From assembly GCA_016713405.1 (NCBI GenBank), contig JADJPF010000015.1:1-64000 (forward strand): DNA of 64,000 nucleotides, read 5' to 3'. Positions 27,728 through 38,141 of the stretch are shown here, in pieces. The translations under genes and the position numbers were made by a program. This DNA is from Blastocatellia bacterium. Its GTDB lineage: Bacteria; Acidobacteriota; Blastocatellia; Chloracidobacteriales; JADJPF01. Every line of letters starts with the position of its first letter. Within the stretch, counting starts at the first letter, position 1. The notes under the pieces are model-generated. The model was given only the letters and a program-made list of their open reading frames with translations. It was not told the DNA's origin and ran no database searches.

Positions 27728-28603
27728 ATGTTAGAAGTAAAATCACAAGTGCTTGGTCTTGCTACCAATATGGTAAGCCAGTTGGTTTACTACCGTAATG
27801 GTATGGAAAGACAAAAAAATATCGCCAAATTTATTAAAATTAAAGGCCATAGAATTTGGTATCAGGATATTGGGCAGGGTCAGCCTATTTTGTTTTTACA
27901 TGGGCTAGGGTCAAATTCTCTTAGCTGGTTGATGAGTGTTCCTATGTTTTGCCAACAATATAGAGTGATTGCTATTGATAATATTGGACATGGACGTTCT
28001 GATAAACCAGATTTAGATTATAAAATTACAGACTTTGTTAATTATGTTGAAGGTTTTTTGGATACGCTAAATCTTAAGGAAATTTATATAGTAGGTAATT
28101 CCTTGGGAGGTTGGATAGCAGCGCGGTTAGCAATAAAACGGCCTGAACTAATAAAACGGCTTGTTTTAGTTTGTAGTGCAGGCTTGCAACCTTGGCCGGA
28201 GCTTAGAGAAAAACTAGAAAAAGTTAAATTTGCCCCCCGTACAATTTCGGAAACTAGGTCAATGTTATCTCTTTGTTTTTATAATAAAGTACAATATGTT
28301 AATCAAGTTAGCGTAGTAATTAGCTATTTGCTACGGAATTTAGAATCTAACCATAAAACAGTAGAAAAGGTTTTAGCATCGGCTTTAGATCCTAATGAAT
28401 GGCTAGATGATAAATTAACTAAAATTAGAGCAGAGACTTTAGTTTTATGGGGTCAACACGATGAATTGATGCCAATAGAATTTGCTAGACAATTTGCAGA
28501 AAATATCCCTGGTGCCAAACTAGAAGTAATCCCCAATTGTGGGCATGTTCCACAAATTGAACGACCAAAAGAGTTTAACCAGTTATTAAAAATTTTTCTT
28601 TAA
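27728..28603 (+). CDS. Alpha/beta-fold hydrolase
   Basis: HGLGSNS oxyanion region. Nucleophile elbow GNSLGG. C-terminal His (CGHVPQIERP). 291 aa. Confidence 0.75.
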   Translation: MLEVKSQVLGLATNMVSQLVYYRNGMERQKNIAKFIKIKGHRIWYQDIGQGQPILFLHGLGSNSLSWLMSVPMFCQQYRVIAIDNIGHGRSDKPDLDYKITDFVNYVEGFLDTLNLKEIYIVGNSLGGWIAARLAIKRPELIKRLVLVCSAGLQPWPELREKLEKVKFAPRTISETRSMLSLCFYNKVQYVNQVSVVISYLLRNLESNHKTVEKVLASALDPNEWLDDKLTKIRAETLVLWGQHDELMPIEFARQFAENIPGAKLEVIPNCGHVPQIERPKEFNQLLKIFL

Positions 28604-28626
28604 TTAATTTTTGCTAAGGATTTTTT

Positions 28627-31600
28627 ATGGGGCAAGCTAATAACGCTACTTTAGCTGCTGATACACTTATAGCTGATAAATATAGAGTTATTGAGCTTAT
28701 TGGTTATGGTGGTGTAGGAGAAGTCTACTTAGCGAAAGATGAAAAAATACAACGACTTGCAGCTATAAAATTGCTTTTTAAGGAACTTAATAACGATATT
28801 GATCATAAATCTCGATTTCTTCGAGAAGCTCGGACAATTTCCTCTCTAAATCATCCTAACATTATTACCGTCTATGAAATAGGTTTTTTTGATGATCAAT
28901 TATTTATTGCTACAGAATATGTTGAAGGTCAAACACTACGCCAAATTGTAGAGAAAAAAGGGAGTTTTAAGCTAAAAGATTTTTTTAGTATTGCAATCCA
29001 ATCAATCCAAGGCTTAATGATTGCCCATCAAAATGGTATTGTTCATCGAGACTTAAAATTAGAGAATTTTATTTTGCGCTCAGATGGATTAGTAAAAATT
29101 CTAGATTTTGGCCTAGCAAAAGTTTCTGACAATTGCTCAAATACGGTTTTAAGAAGCGGTGCAGGCTTTAAGACTGATGCAGGTGTGATTTTAGGAACGC
29201 CTAATTATATGTCTCCAGAACAAGCCAAGGGGGAAGATGTAGATATAAGATCAGATATATTTTCTTTAGGATCAGTATTTTATGAGTTGTTAACAGGTAA
29301 AGTTGCTTTTGATGGCAATAGCCTAGTGCAAACCTTAATGAATTTAGCTGTATCACAGCCTCCACCAATGCCAGCAACTGTTCCTAGTAAGCTTAAAGCA
29401 GTAATAATGAGAATGCTGCAAAAATCACCAGCAGCACGCTATCAAACAATAGAACAAGTTTTAACAGAATTAGCAAGTTTATATGATGAGCTTAATTTAG
29501 CTAATAATCTTACTAATTATGTAACAACAGCCAATAAAATACCTACAGGAGTTTATAAAAAAGTTGGTACTGCTGCTTTAACCCCAACTACACCACAATA
29601 TGATCAATTTGTTGGACGTATAGAAGAACTCCAACTAATACAAACTCAAATCTTACAAATGGGTCAACAATCAGCCCATCCAATAATAATTTTATCTAAT
29701 AGTGGTGCAGGCAAGACGTTTTTATTAAGTAAGTTACAGGAAATTATTAGTCAACAAGATCTATTAGTTACATTAGTTAATCTTTTTGATCAGGATAATT
29801 TTACTCAACCTTATCAATGGATTTTACCGATGCTTGCTAATTTACTAGGCTTTCGCTTTGAAGATTCTTTAATGGATAAAAGCGGAGCATTAGCACAACG
29901 TGTTAACGCTAGAATAAAAGCTCGTTATGGTTTAACTTTGCCAGCAGAAATATGGAGTCAGAATTTAGAAACAAAACATGAAAGTGAAAAATGGCCTGTT
30001 TTTGAAGTTATTAATCAAATCCTTCAAGCTCTAGTTAAAGATAAAAAACTTCTTATCCTATTTGATAACTTACATTTAGCTAATGAGTTAAGCCTAGAGT
30101 TGATAGGTTATACAATTAGAAATAACAGTAATAAAAAAATATTTTTAGTTGCTACTACGAATTTATCAGAAATAAATCGATCAGGTAGTTTTCTTGAAGA
30201 CTGGTTTTTTAGACAAAGTAAATATGTGAAGTTTGAAATTGTTGACTTAAAATCTTTTACTTTAGAAGAAACAAAAATTTATTTTGAAGCTTTATTTCGT
30301 CAGATAGAAATTTCCGAGCGAGAGCTAAACTATATTTATCAAATTACTAATGGTAATCCTTATTACTTAAGCGAAGTTGTTCGTTTATTGGTGCAGGAAG
30401 GAAAAATACATTTAGTTGGTAGTTGGTGGCATTGCGAAGCTTTAGAAAATATTGCATTACCTAACACTATTGGAACAGCTTTACTTTATAAAATAGAGAA
30501 ATGTGACGAAGAGTTAAAAGAGTTAATTACTAAAGTTTCCATACTAGGTAATAGTTTTAGCTTTGATTTGCTTACAGAATTTTTAGAATTTGAGCCAGAA
30601 AAGCTAGAACCGTTATTAGTAGAAGCAGAAAAAGAGCATTTTATTTATGAGCAACGAAGCTCAAAAATAGATGAATATTGTTTTCAAAGCTCTGCTCTTC
30701 AACAAGTTTTGTATGATTCTCTTAGTAAACGTCAAAGGAGAAAGCTACACTCACAAGCAGCCCTAGCGATAAAGAAGATATTTCAAAATAATTTAAGGCA
30801 AGTTTTAAGCACACTTACTTTTCATCATTATGCTGCAACGGAATGGCAAGAAACTTTTTATTTTGGACAACAAGCAATAATACAATCTTTTGAACAATCT
30901 GCTTGGGGTGAAGTTGTAAAACTTGGTCAATTGGTTGAAGAAGCAGCCACAATTTTACAAGAAAATCAAGAAATTAATTTGGCTGATTTAGCTTTACTAG
31001 TAGATATAAAAAATAAACATGCTAGCGCGTTAGTAAATTTAGGTAAATTAGAGCTAGCATTGACCATAGCTCAAAGCGCGCTTCAACTAGCAGAGAAATT
31101 ACAAGATAATAATCTTCTGGCTCAAAGCTATGGAAATCTTTCACATTTTGGTTGGTATCAAGGGCGTTTCAAAGATGTAATCATTTGGGCAGAAAAAGGG
31201 TTATCTATTGCTCAAATAGCACAAAATAAATTTTGGCAACAACAGCTAAACTTGCAAACAGGCCGGGCTAAATTGCGAGTTGCTCATTACAAAGAAGCTC
31301 TATTTAATTTAACAGAAGCTTGTCGGCTAGCTGAACAACTCCAAGAAGAAAAGCTACTTGCTCATGCTCAGGTTTTTCAAGGTCTTTGTTTACAGCTTTT
31401 AGGTGAGCGTCAAAAGGGTTTTGAATTAGTTGAGAAGGGCATGGCATTAGCTAACAAATTAGGGGATTCACTCTTTTTATGCCGAGCTTATTCTATGCTT
31501 TCGGTTATGTATTTTTATGAATACAATACAGATTCTCTTAAAGAAGTTCATAAAAAAGGAGTTGTTTTATCTCGTCAAATAGGTTGGAGGCTTGGAGAGG

Positions 31601-32172
31601 TTTACCAGCATGTTTATTTAGGAAATGCTTATCTTTTTGAAATTAGTTTTGATATAGATCAGGCATCAAACCTTTTACAACATGCTTTAGCTCTTGCTTT
31701 AGAAATAGGGGACAAAGCTACTACACTTGTGATTAAACGGGGAATAGCCAAAATAGCTGCTTTAGAAGGAGATTATCATTTAGCTACCAATCAATTAAAA
31801 CAATTTGTGGCAGTGCTAAAAAGTTTTGGTGAATTGCCAGAACAAATGTTAACCCTAGAAGTACTAGCTCAAATTCAAGAATCAGCCGGAGAAAATGCAG
31901 TTGCTTATGATACTTATAATAATGCCCTAGAAATAGCTCAAAATATTGGAGCTATACATCAGCAATGGAGTATTTTACTTGGTAAAGCTCGCTGTTTGTT
32001 TAAGTTAGAAAAATTAGAGGAAGCTTTAGAGACTTTAAAATTATCAGAAAAAATAGTGAAAATTTTGTTAGAAGGTTTTACTAATGACGAAGATTCAAAA
32101 TGCTTAACTAAAGCAACTCAAAGTGTGTATCAGCTTTTAAGGCAGATTCAACTTCAAAGCTCTACAAATTAA
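28627..32172 (+). CDS. Ser/Thr protein kinase fused to a STAND/AAA+ NTPase and TPR repeats (1181 aa)
   Basis: N-terminal Hanks kinase (GYGGVGEVYLAKD, HRDLKLENF, DFGLAK, SPEQ). Walker A SNSGAGKTF after the kinase. A long C-terminal TPR-like helical array. Confidence 0.8.
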   Translation: MGQANNATLAADTLIADKYRVIELIGYGGVGEVYLAKDEKIQRLAAIKLLFKELNNDIDHKSRFLREARTISSLNHPNIITVYEIGFFDDQLFIATEYVEGQTLRQIVEKKGSFKLKDFFSIAIQSIQGLMIAHQNGIVHRDLKLENFILRSDGLVKILDFGLAKVSDNCSNTVLRSGAGFKTDAGVILGTPNYMSPEQAKGEDVDIRSDIFSLGSVFYELLTGKVAFDGNSLVQTLMNLAVSQPPPMPATVPSKLKAVIMRMLQKSPAARYQTIEQVLTELASLYDELNLANNLTNYVTTANKIPTGVYKKVGTAALTPTTPQYDQFVGRIEELQLIQTQILQMGQQSAHPIIILSNSGAGKTFLLSKLQEIISQQDLLVTLVNLFDQDNFTQPYQWILPMLANLLGFRFEDSLMDKSGALAQRVNARIKARYGLTLPAEIWSQNLETKHESEKWPVFEVINQILQALVKDKKLLILFDNLHLANELSLELIGYTIRNNSNKKIFLVATTNLSEINRSGSFLEDWFFRQSKYVKFEIVDLKSFTLEETKIYFEALFRQIEISERELNYIYQITNGNPYYLSEVVRLLVQEGKIHLVGSWWHCEALENIALPNTIGTALLYKIEKCDEELKELITKVSILGNSFSFDLLTEFLEFEPEKLEPLLVEAEKEHFIYEQRSSKIDEYCFQSSALQQVLYDSLSKRQRRKLHSQAALAIKKIFQNNLRQVLSTLTFHHYAATEWQETFYFGQQAIIQSFEQSAWGEVVKLGQLVEEAATILQENQEINLADLALLVDIKNKHASALVNLGKLELALTIAQSALQLAEKLQDNNLLAQSYGNLSHFGWYQGRFKDVIIWAEKGLSIAQIAQNKFWQQQLNLQTGRAKLRVAHYKEALFNLTEACRLAEQLQEEKLLAHAQVFQGLCLQLLGERQKGFELVEKGMALANKLGDSLFLCRAYSMLSVMYFYEYNTDSLKEVHKKGVVLSRQIGWRLGEVYQHVYLGNAYLFEISFDIDQASNLLQHALALALEIGDKATTLVIKRGIAKIAALEGDYHLATNQLKQFVAVLKSFGELPEQMLTLEVLAQIQESAGENAVAYDTYNNALEIAQNIGAIHQQWSILLGKARCLFKLEKLEEALETLKLSEKIVKILLEGFTNDEDSKCLTKATQSVYQLLRQIQLQSSTN

Positions 32173-32621
32173 AATGTTTCTGAGAGAATAAACTGTACCA
32201 AACGATTAGTAGCGTCTAAAGCTGCTTGTGCAATTCCTCTGTGCATCATAGGTTCTTCACATTGACAAGCCCCTGTTAACTCATATTTACTGCGTCCATA
32301 TGCTAAATCAGCAATTACTACTAACAATGGTGTATCAAGAAATTGAGGATTTAGCTTAATTGCATTTCGTAGAGTAAACTCAACTGAGACAGGTAAGGCT
32401 TCTTGAACTGCTTTTAAGGTGGCTGTTGCAACAGTGGCTAGAGAGTCTTCATTTGCTTCAGCTAAGTGTTTAGCCGTAATACGTTGCCCTTTTAAGGATA
32501 ATACTACGGAAGCTTCTTTAGGTGTATTAGAATCACCTATTATTAGATTTACATCAATTAAAATTAAACGTGCCATTTTTTTAGTAGAATTATGGGGTTT
32601 GGATAACTGGTTTTGTGGCAT
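32169..32621 (-). CDS. Hypothetical protein (150 aa)
   Basis: Clean ORF convergent with the kinase gene. No confident family assignment. Confidence 0.4.
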   Translation of the reverse strand: MPQNQLSKPHNSTKKMARLILIDVNLIIGDSNTPKEASVVLSLKGQRITAKHLAEANEDSLATVATATLKAVQEALPVSVEFTLRNAIKLNPQFLDTPLLVVIADLAYGRSKYELTGACQCEEPMMHRGIAQAALDATNRLVQFILSETF

Positions 32622-32815
32622 AACATTATATGTAGCAAAAAGAGTTTTGGCTAGCTAGCTTGGAAATTTATTGGATTTAACCAAATTAAAGAAATAAAGT
32701 TTTTGTTTAAATTTGAAGGTTAATTAAGATAAAAATACTTTTTGCCACTTTATAGAAGTTTGATAAGATCTAAAGGTACGTTAATAGTAAAAATCTTAGG
32801 GAGAAATCATTATAA

Positions 32816-33331
32816 ATGACTACAAATTATCCAAAACCTTCTGTTACAGTAGACACAATTATTTTTGCTTTACACCAACAAGATATAAAAATTTTGCTAA
32901 TAAAGCGTAAATATCCGCCTTTTGCTAATAAATGGGCAATTCCTGGAGGGTTTGTAGATGTAAATGAAGCTTTACCTTTAGCCGCAGCTAGAGAATTAGA
33001 GGAAGAAACAGGGCTAAAGGGTGTTGAATTAAAACAATTTTATAGTTTTGGTGATCCTGGACGTGATCCAAGAGGTCATACAGTAACTGTTGCCTATCAT
33101 ACTTTTTTAGCTGATCTTCCAACAGAAGTAACCGGAGCAGATGATGCAGATAAAGCAGAATGGTTTTCTATTAAATCTTTGCCGGAAATGGCTTTTGACC
33201 ATAAAGAAGTATTGGATTTAGCTATAAATGATTTGAAAAATAGAGTAGAAATAACTTTGAGGCTATCAGATTTTTTTAGTGGTGAGTTAAAAATATCTGA
33301 TTTGAGAAGCATTAATGGAATATTTAAATAG
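32816..33331 (+). CDS. NUDIX hydrolase
   Basis: Nudix box GGFVDVNEALPLAAARELEEETGL. 171 aa. Confidence 0.8.
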   Translation: MTTNYPKPSVTVDTIIFALHQQDIKILLIKRKYPPFANKWAIPGGFVDVNEALPLAAARELEEETGLKGVELKQFYSFGDPGRDPRGHTVTVAYHTFLADLPTEVTGADDADKAEWFSIKSLPEMAFDHKEVLDLAINDLKNRVEITLRLSDFFSGELKISDLRSINGIFK

Positions 33332-33343
33332 ATAAAATTTTAT

Positions 33344-33376
33344 TAAAATAGCCTCTTCCAAAAGAGGCTATTTTAA
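33344..33376. terminator. Bidirectional terminator hairpin between convergent NUDIX and kinase genes
   Basis: aaaatagcctctt-ccaaa-agaggctatttt (11-bp stem) with flanking A/T runs. Confidence 0.6.
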
Positions 33377-33380
33377 GGTT

Positions 33381-34463
33381 TTAACGAGCGAAGACCAAAC
33401 TAAGTAATCTTTGCCAAAAACTTTTCTTTTGCTCAGGAGGAGGTGGAGGAGGTTTTTCTTGTTTTGGCTCTTCTTTAATAGGAATTTGCTTAATTTCTGG
33501 AACTTCTGCTGGAGCATTAGACAAAGCTTCTTCCAATTCCTGGGCTAAAACAGCAGCAGATTGTTGTCGATCTTTAGCTTGCTTAGATAAGGATCGCAAA
33601 ACAGATTGTTCTAATCTAATAGGGATTTCCGGCTTTATTTCACGAGGAGGTTTAGGTTTTGCCTGAATATGTTGCATTAGCAACATTGCTGAGGTTTTAC
33701 CAGTAAAAGGAACATTACCAGTAAGCATTTGATAGAGTATTATCCCCATACTATAAATATCAGAACGGTTATCCAATTCTAGACCTTGAGCTTGTTCAGG
33801 TGAAATATACTGAGGTGTCCCTACCACAACACCAGCACTAGTAAGATTAGGGTCTTTGCCACTTTCTTTCATTTTAGCAATAGAAAAATCTATTACTTTT
33901 ACTTTTTCTGTGTCTTTACCATAATCAAGGATCAAAATATTATCGGGTTTAAGGTCTCTATGGATAATAGATTTTTGGTGAGCAACATCAACTGCTAAAC
34001 AAACTTGGCGCATTATTTTTACTGCGCGGCTGCTTTCAATAGTAGTTTCTCTTTTTAAGACTTCTTGTAAGCTTATACCATTAATTAACTCCATAACTAG
34101 GTACAAGACATTATCTGATGTTACGCCAAAGTCCATTATAGAAATAGCATTTGGATGATTAACTGTGCGGGCAGAACGGGCTTCACGTCGAAAACGTTCT
34201 ACAGCAGTGCTATCAGTAACTAAATGTGGATGGAGAATTTTGACTGCTACGGGCAGTCCCATATGTAGATGTTTGGCTTCATAAACATTACCCATACCAC
34301 CTTTACCAATTAATCTTTCAACTTGGTATTTGGCATCTAAAACCAAACCAACAAACTTATCTGGAGATTCTTCATCATCAACTAACCTTTTGCCATCATT
34401 TGGACAAAAGACCGCTGTTTCTGCAAAAAGCTGACTGCAGGCTGGGCATTTTTTCTTGGCCAT
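33381..34463 (-). CDS. Ser/Thr protein kinase with N-terminal zinc-ribbon
   Basis: MAKKKCPACSQLFAETAVFCPNDGKRL zinc-ribbon, then Hanks kinase motifs (GKGGMGNVYEAKH, HRDLKPDNIL, DFSIAK, SPEQ). Pro-rich C-terminus. Confidence 0.8.
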   Translation of the reverse strand: MAKKKCPACSQLFAETAVFCPNDGKRLVDDEESPDKFVGLVLDAKYQVERLIGKGGMGNVYEAKHLHMGLPVAVKILHPHLVTDSTAVERFRREARSARTVNHPNAISIMDFGVTSDNVLYLVMELINGISLQEVLKRETTIESSRAVKIMRQVCLAVDVAHQKSIIHRDLKPDNILILDYGKDTEKVKVIDFSIAKMKESGKDPNLTSAGVVVGTPQYISPEQAQGLELDNRSDIYSMGIILYQMLTGNVPFTGKTSAMLLMQHIQAKPKPPREIKPEIPIRLEQSVLRSLSKQAKDRQQSAAVLAQELEEALSNAPAEVPEIKQIPIKEEPKQEKPPPPPPEQKKSFWQRLLSLVFAR

Positions 34464-34677
34464 TATCTGTTCCTGTTTTTTATTAATATATTATTATTTA
34501 ATACTGAGATTTTAATAAGCCCTATATAAGTTACGACTTTCTTAGCCAAGAATCAAGAAAATCCTGAATATAATTTAGTAAAAGAAGCTAATATGATGTT
34601 TTATTGATGTAATAATTCAGGAGTTTAGCATAGTAACCCGCTAAAAATTAATAAAAATTAACGGGTTACTAACAAGA

Positions 34678-35865
34678 TTAGATGTTACCAATAGCGATCT
34701 GCATTTTTAAGGCACTTTGTCTTGTAAGATAAAATTTAGTTGTTCCATCTCTTCCACTTAAATTAAGAACTAAACCACCATCTTTTCCAGTTGAAATTGT
34801 GACACTAGTTCCATATTGACCGCCAAAACTACCAACAGATGTTTGTACAGCAGTAAGAGTAGGTTGACTATCAGTTCCTTTACTTAAAAGTTTTTCTAGA
34901 TCTTTTAGACCATTGTATGTAGTAATAAAGGTAATTTCTTTGTTTTCTTGTTTTATGCTGATGCGATAAGAGGTTCCTATTACTTTGTTAACAGCTTTAT
35001 AAAGCTCTAATTTTTGGCTTTGGTCAAAGGCAGAAAAAAATACTGAACGAGTAACATCGTAAACTTGCTTAATGTCTTCATCTGGATCATTATTTTTTAT
35101 TGTTGTGTTATTTGATGTTGCAGGGCGGGTATTAGGATTTGTTTTTCTTAAATCATCCATGCTCATAGCAGCAGGGGGACGGTTATTTGAATTGTTGGAT
35201 GTGTTGCTAGTAGGACGATTAGTAGCTAAATCATTAAGGGTTACACCTGGGCCTTGTAATATTGGAGTAGAGGGACGAATATAAATTAAGTTTAAGCTTG
35301 GTTCTGGTTCTTGAAAGCTTTTTCCTTCAGCTTCAGCTATTTCTATTGGAGACTTCTCAGAGTTGGCCCAAATACCTACTTTTTGTTTACGAGCTTGTGC
35401 TTCAGCAGATTTAAGTGCGCCATCAATTTGTAGGTCTTCTTTTGCTGGTGTATAAAATCCAACTCCTAGTTTTAGAAGTTCTGTGTTTGCAATATCTTTT
35501 TCTATTCCACGTGAAAAAGTAACATAAATAAGTGCGCGACCAAATTGATCTCTATGGCCTAAACTTCCATAAGCACGATCAAAAGATATTTCTATTTTTT
35601 TACCTAAAAGCAAATCTTCCGTTAAAGCACGTGCTTGATCTCCAAATGGTTGTCCTTCTTTTTTACCATGTTTAGCTTGTGGGGAGGTTATTCCTATTAA
35701 TTTGGCTACTTCACCATTATCTAATACTAAAGTGTCAGCATCTTGAACACTTATAACAACACGATTTTTCCAAGGGTCAATTTGAGCAAGTAATAAAATA
35801 GGGAAAAATAACATTGTCAAAGTTGCTAACCAAAAATTCTTGAGCATAAGCAAATCTCCAAACAC
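34678..35865 (-). CDS. Secreted SNase-like (thermonuclease) domain protein with a long C-terminal extension
   Basis: Signal/TM N-terminus, then VISVQDADTLVLDNGEVAKLIGITSPQ...FGDQARALTEDLLLGKKIEISFD...RDQFGRALIYV (staphylococcal-nuclease fold motifs). The C-terminal ~200 aa are Asn/Ser/Thr-rich. Confidence 0.65.
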   Translation of the reverse strand: MFGDLLMLKNFWLATLTMLFFPILLLAQIDPWKNRVVISVQDADTLVLDNGEVAKLIGITSPQAKHGKKEGQPFGDQARALTEDLLLGKKIEISFDRAYGSLGHRDQFGRALIYVTFSRGIEKDIANTELLKLGVGFYTPAKEDLQIDGALKSAEAQARKQKVGIWANSEKSPIEIAEAEGKSFQEPEPSLNLIYIRPSTPILQGPGVTLNDLATNRPTSNTSNNSNNRPPAAMSMDDLRKTNPNTRPATSNNTTIKNNDPDEDIKQVYDVTRSVFFSAFDQSQKLELYKAVNKVIGTSYRISIKQENKEITFITTYNGLKDLEKLLSKGTDSQPTLTAVQTSVGSFGGQYGTSVTISTGKDGGLVLNLSGRDGTTKFYLTRQSALKMQIAIGNI

Positions 35866-35973
35866 ATCAAATTACTAAAAATTTTATTGTTTTCTTATTA
35901 TGCTTATAAATGATTTTCTTTGCAATTGTAGATATAAATTCATTTCTTTTAACAATTACCTAGCACTTTTCAT

Positions 35974-37515
35974 TTAGTGAGAGGTATTGACTTTTTCTTG
36001 TTCAAGCAAAGAAATTTCCTTAAATTCATTTGATTGACTGCTTGGAATTAATAAAGCTGTTAAGAGTCCAAGTAGAGAAAGAAAAAAACAAATTGTAAAT
36101 ATTGAGTGTAAAGAATTTGATAGTCCTTGGGCAAATATATTTATTGACTCAAAACTTAAATTAAGACGAGTTGAAGAATCAAAAATTATACTAGGATTAT
36201 CAACTATTTGTGTAAGTTCTTGTCTTATTTGAGAGTTAGAAGCTTGTGCAGTTATTTTTGCTAAACTAAAAGCTAGCATACTTCCTAGTATACCTGTACC
36301 TAATACACCTCCAATATTGCGGAAAAATTGAGTTGAAGAAGTAACTACACCTAGTAGTTTATGCTCTACCTGGTTTTGTACAGCCATCAATATAGCAAAA
36401 GTAGCAAAACCCATGCCTATACCAATTGTTGCTATACTTAGGTAAATATAATATTTATTGCTGTTAGGGTTTATAGATAAAATAAGAAGAAAGTTTCCTA
36501 AAACTAGAGCTATCATTCCTAATATTACTAAAGGACGATAGCCAAAGCGTAAGATTAATTTACTGCTTATAAAAGAACTAAAAATCCAGCTAAATAATAG
36601 AAACATAATAGTTTTACCAGCTTCTGTTGCCGTGGATTTTAGAACAGATTGCATAAAAAGTGGTACAAATGACAATGTTCCAAAAAGTACACATCCTAAT
36701 AAAAAGTTTCCTACACTACTAATTAGAAAGATTCGTTCTTGAAATAAACTAAGCGGTAATATTGGTTCAACAGCTTGTTTTTCAAAATAGATAAAGGCAA
36801 ACAATAGAAGTAAACAAATTAGTAATAAACTTATTGTTATTAAAGAAGAGGAAATTTCTTTTGATTCTAAACAAACTATTAATAACAGAGAAATTAAAGC
36901 TGTTAATGAAATGGCTCCAGAATAATCAATTTTAGGTTTAGTTGTAGCAATAGGTAAGTTCTTCATACTAAAACTAATAACCAAAGTGGCTAACAAGCCA
37001 AAAGGGATATTTATATAAAAAACCCAACGCCAAGAAAAATTATCACTAATAAAACCACCTAAAACCGGCCCAAGTATAGAGGCAATACCCCAAACACTAC
37101 TAAATAAGCCTTGCATTTTAGCTCTTTGCTGTATGGTGTAGATTTCTCCAATAATTGTTAATCCCAAAGGAATAATTGCTCCAGCCCCAAGACCTTGTAA
37201 GGCACGAAAAATGATCAATTGATTCATAGATTGGGAAAGCCCAGAAAGTGCTGAACCAATTAAAAATATACTAATACCTAATAGATAAGCAGAACGTCTT
37301 CCATAAAGATCAGAAAGTTTGCCCCAAATCGGCATGCTAACAGTAGAAGTAAGTAGATAAATAGAAAAGACCCAGCTATATCTAGCCAATCCACCCAGAC
37401 TTGCTATTACTGTGGGCATTGCTGTTGAAACAACAGTTGATTCCATTGCCGCAAGTAACATTCCTGTTAATACTGCAATAGTAATCCATAAACGTTGTTG
37501 TCTAGATAGTTGCAT
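35974..37515 (-). CDS. MFS transporter, DHA2-like (14 TMS drug/H+ antiporter family)
   Basis: 513 aa, about 14 TM helices. MFS motifs (GKLSDLYGRR, LQGLGAGAIIPL). Confidence 0.75.
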   Translation of the reverse strand: MQLSRQQRLWITIAVLTGMLLAAMESTVVSTAMPTVIASLGGLARYSWVFSIYLLTSTVSMPIWGKLSDLYGRRSAYLLGISIFLIGSALSGLSQSMNQLIIFRALQGLGAGAIIPLGLTIIGEIYTIQQRAKMQGLFSSVWGIASILGPVLGGFISDNFSWRWVFYINIPFGLLATLVISFSMKNLPIATTKPKIDYSGAISLTALISLLLIVCLESKEISSSLITISLLLICLLLLFAFIYFEKQAVEPILPLSLFQERIFLISSVGNFLLGCVLFGTLSFVPLFMQSVLKSTATEAGKTIMFLLFSWIFSSFISSKLILRFGYRPLVILGMIALVLGNFLLILSINPNSNKYYIYLSIATIGIGMGFATFAILMAVQNQVEHKLLGVVTSSTQFFRNIGGVLGTGILGSMLAFSLAKITAQASNSQIRQELTQIVDNPSIIFDSSTRLNLSFESINIFAQGLSNSLHSIFTICFFLSLLGLLTALLIPSSQSNEFKEISLLEQEKVNTSH

Positions 37516-38141
37516 AAAGTGTTTTTCCTAGTTTGACAAATTAAAAAAATACAAAACATAATAAGTAACAAAAATGAATCTACGCAATAGATCTAAACAT
37601 AGTTGAACTATTTGCCAAAAGTAGTGACAATAACAAAAAACTTGCGCTACTATAACTAAAAATATTTAGTTATATCAGAAATTACTTAAAGTAATCTAAA
37701 GAATTAAACATATAAATAAGCTATAGTTTTTTATTGCTAAGGACAATAAGTTTTAGAGGTGATGATGTCATCAGAAGCAAAAAGCATTTTTTGTGAACAT
37801 ATTAGGGTAGGCGATAAACCTTTGTTTGAAGATGATGATCCAACAATAGATAGTTCACAAGTGGAAACAGCACCTGCTTTTCAATGTGGATTAAGTGTGC
37901 AGCCCTGTCGCTATGCAACACGTAAAAATCAATGCCCCACTTATCAAAATTATTTAGTAAAACTTTCCTCTATAAATTAGTTAAGTAAAAAGTTAAGATT
38001 ATTAAAAATCTTAATTTTCTGTTAAAAGTGCTTTTATAATAAACTATTGATTTGTTAGTTATTTGGAAACAAAGAAAATATTTAGACATTTAGATAATCA
38101 TATTTTTGTTTTATAAAAGATTTTATATATTTAAGGATGTT

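Noticed and set aside
32169-32621. Attempted assignment of the 150-aa ORF to RuvC/YqgF, SpoVS, P-II or AroH families
   Set aside because: Motif comparisons by eye did not match any of these convincingly. It is left as hypothetical.
34632-34670. Hairpin agtaacccg...cgggttact near the stop of the SNase-like gene
   Set aside because: 9-bp stem but a 21-nt loop and no T-tract on the transcribed (minus) strand. Weak as an intrinsic terminator.
37759-37980. 73-aa ORF in the intergenic region upstream of the hybrid kinase
   Set aside because: No RBS or domain. AT-rich promoter-like context. Possibly a small Cys-containing protein but the evidence is insufficient, so it was not listed as a feature.
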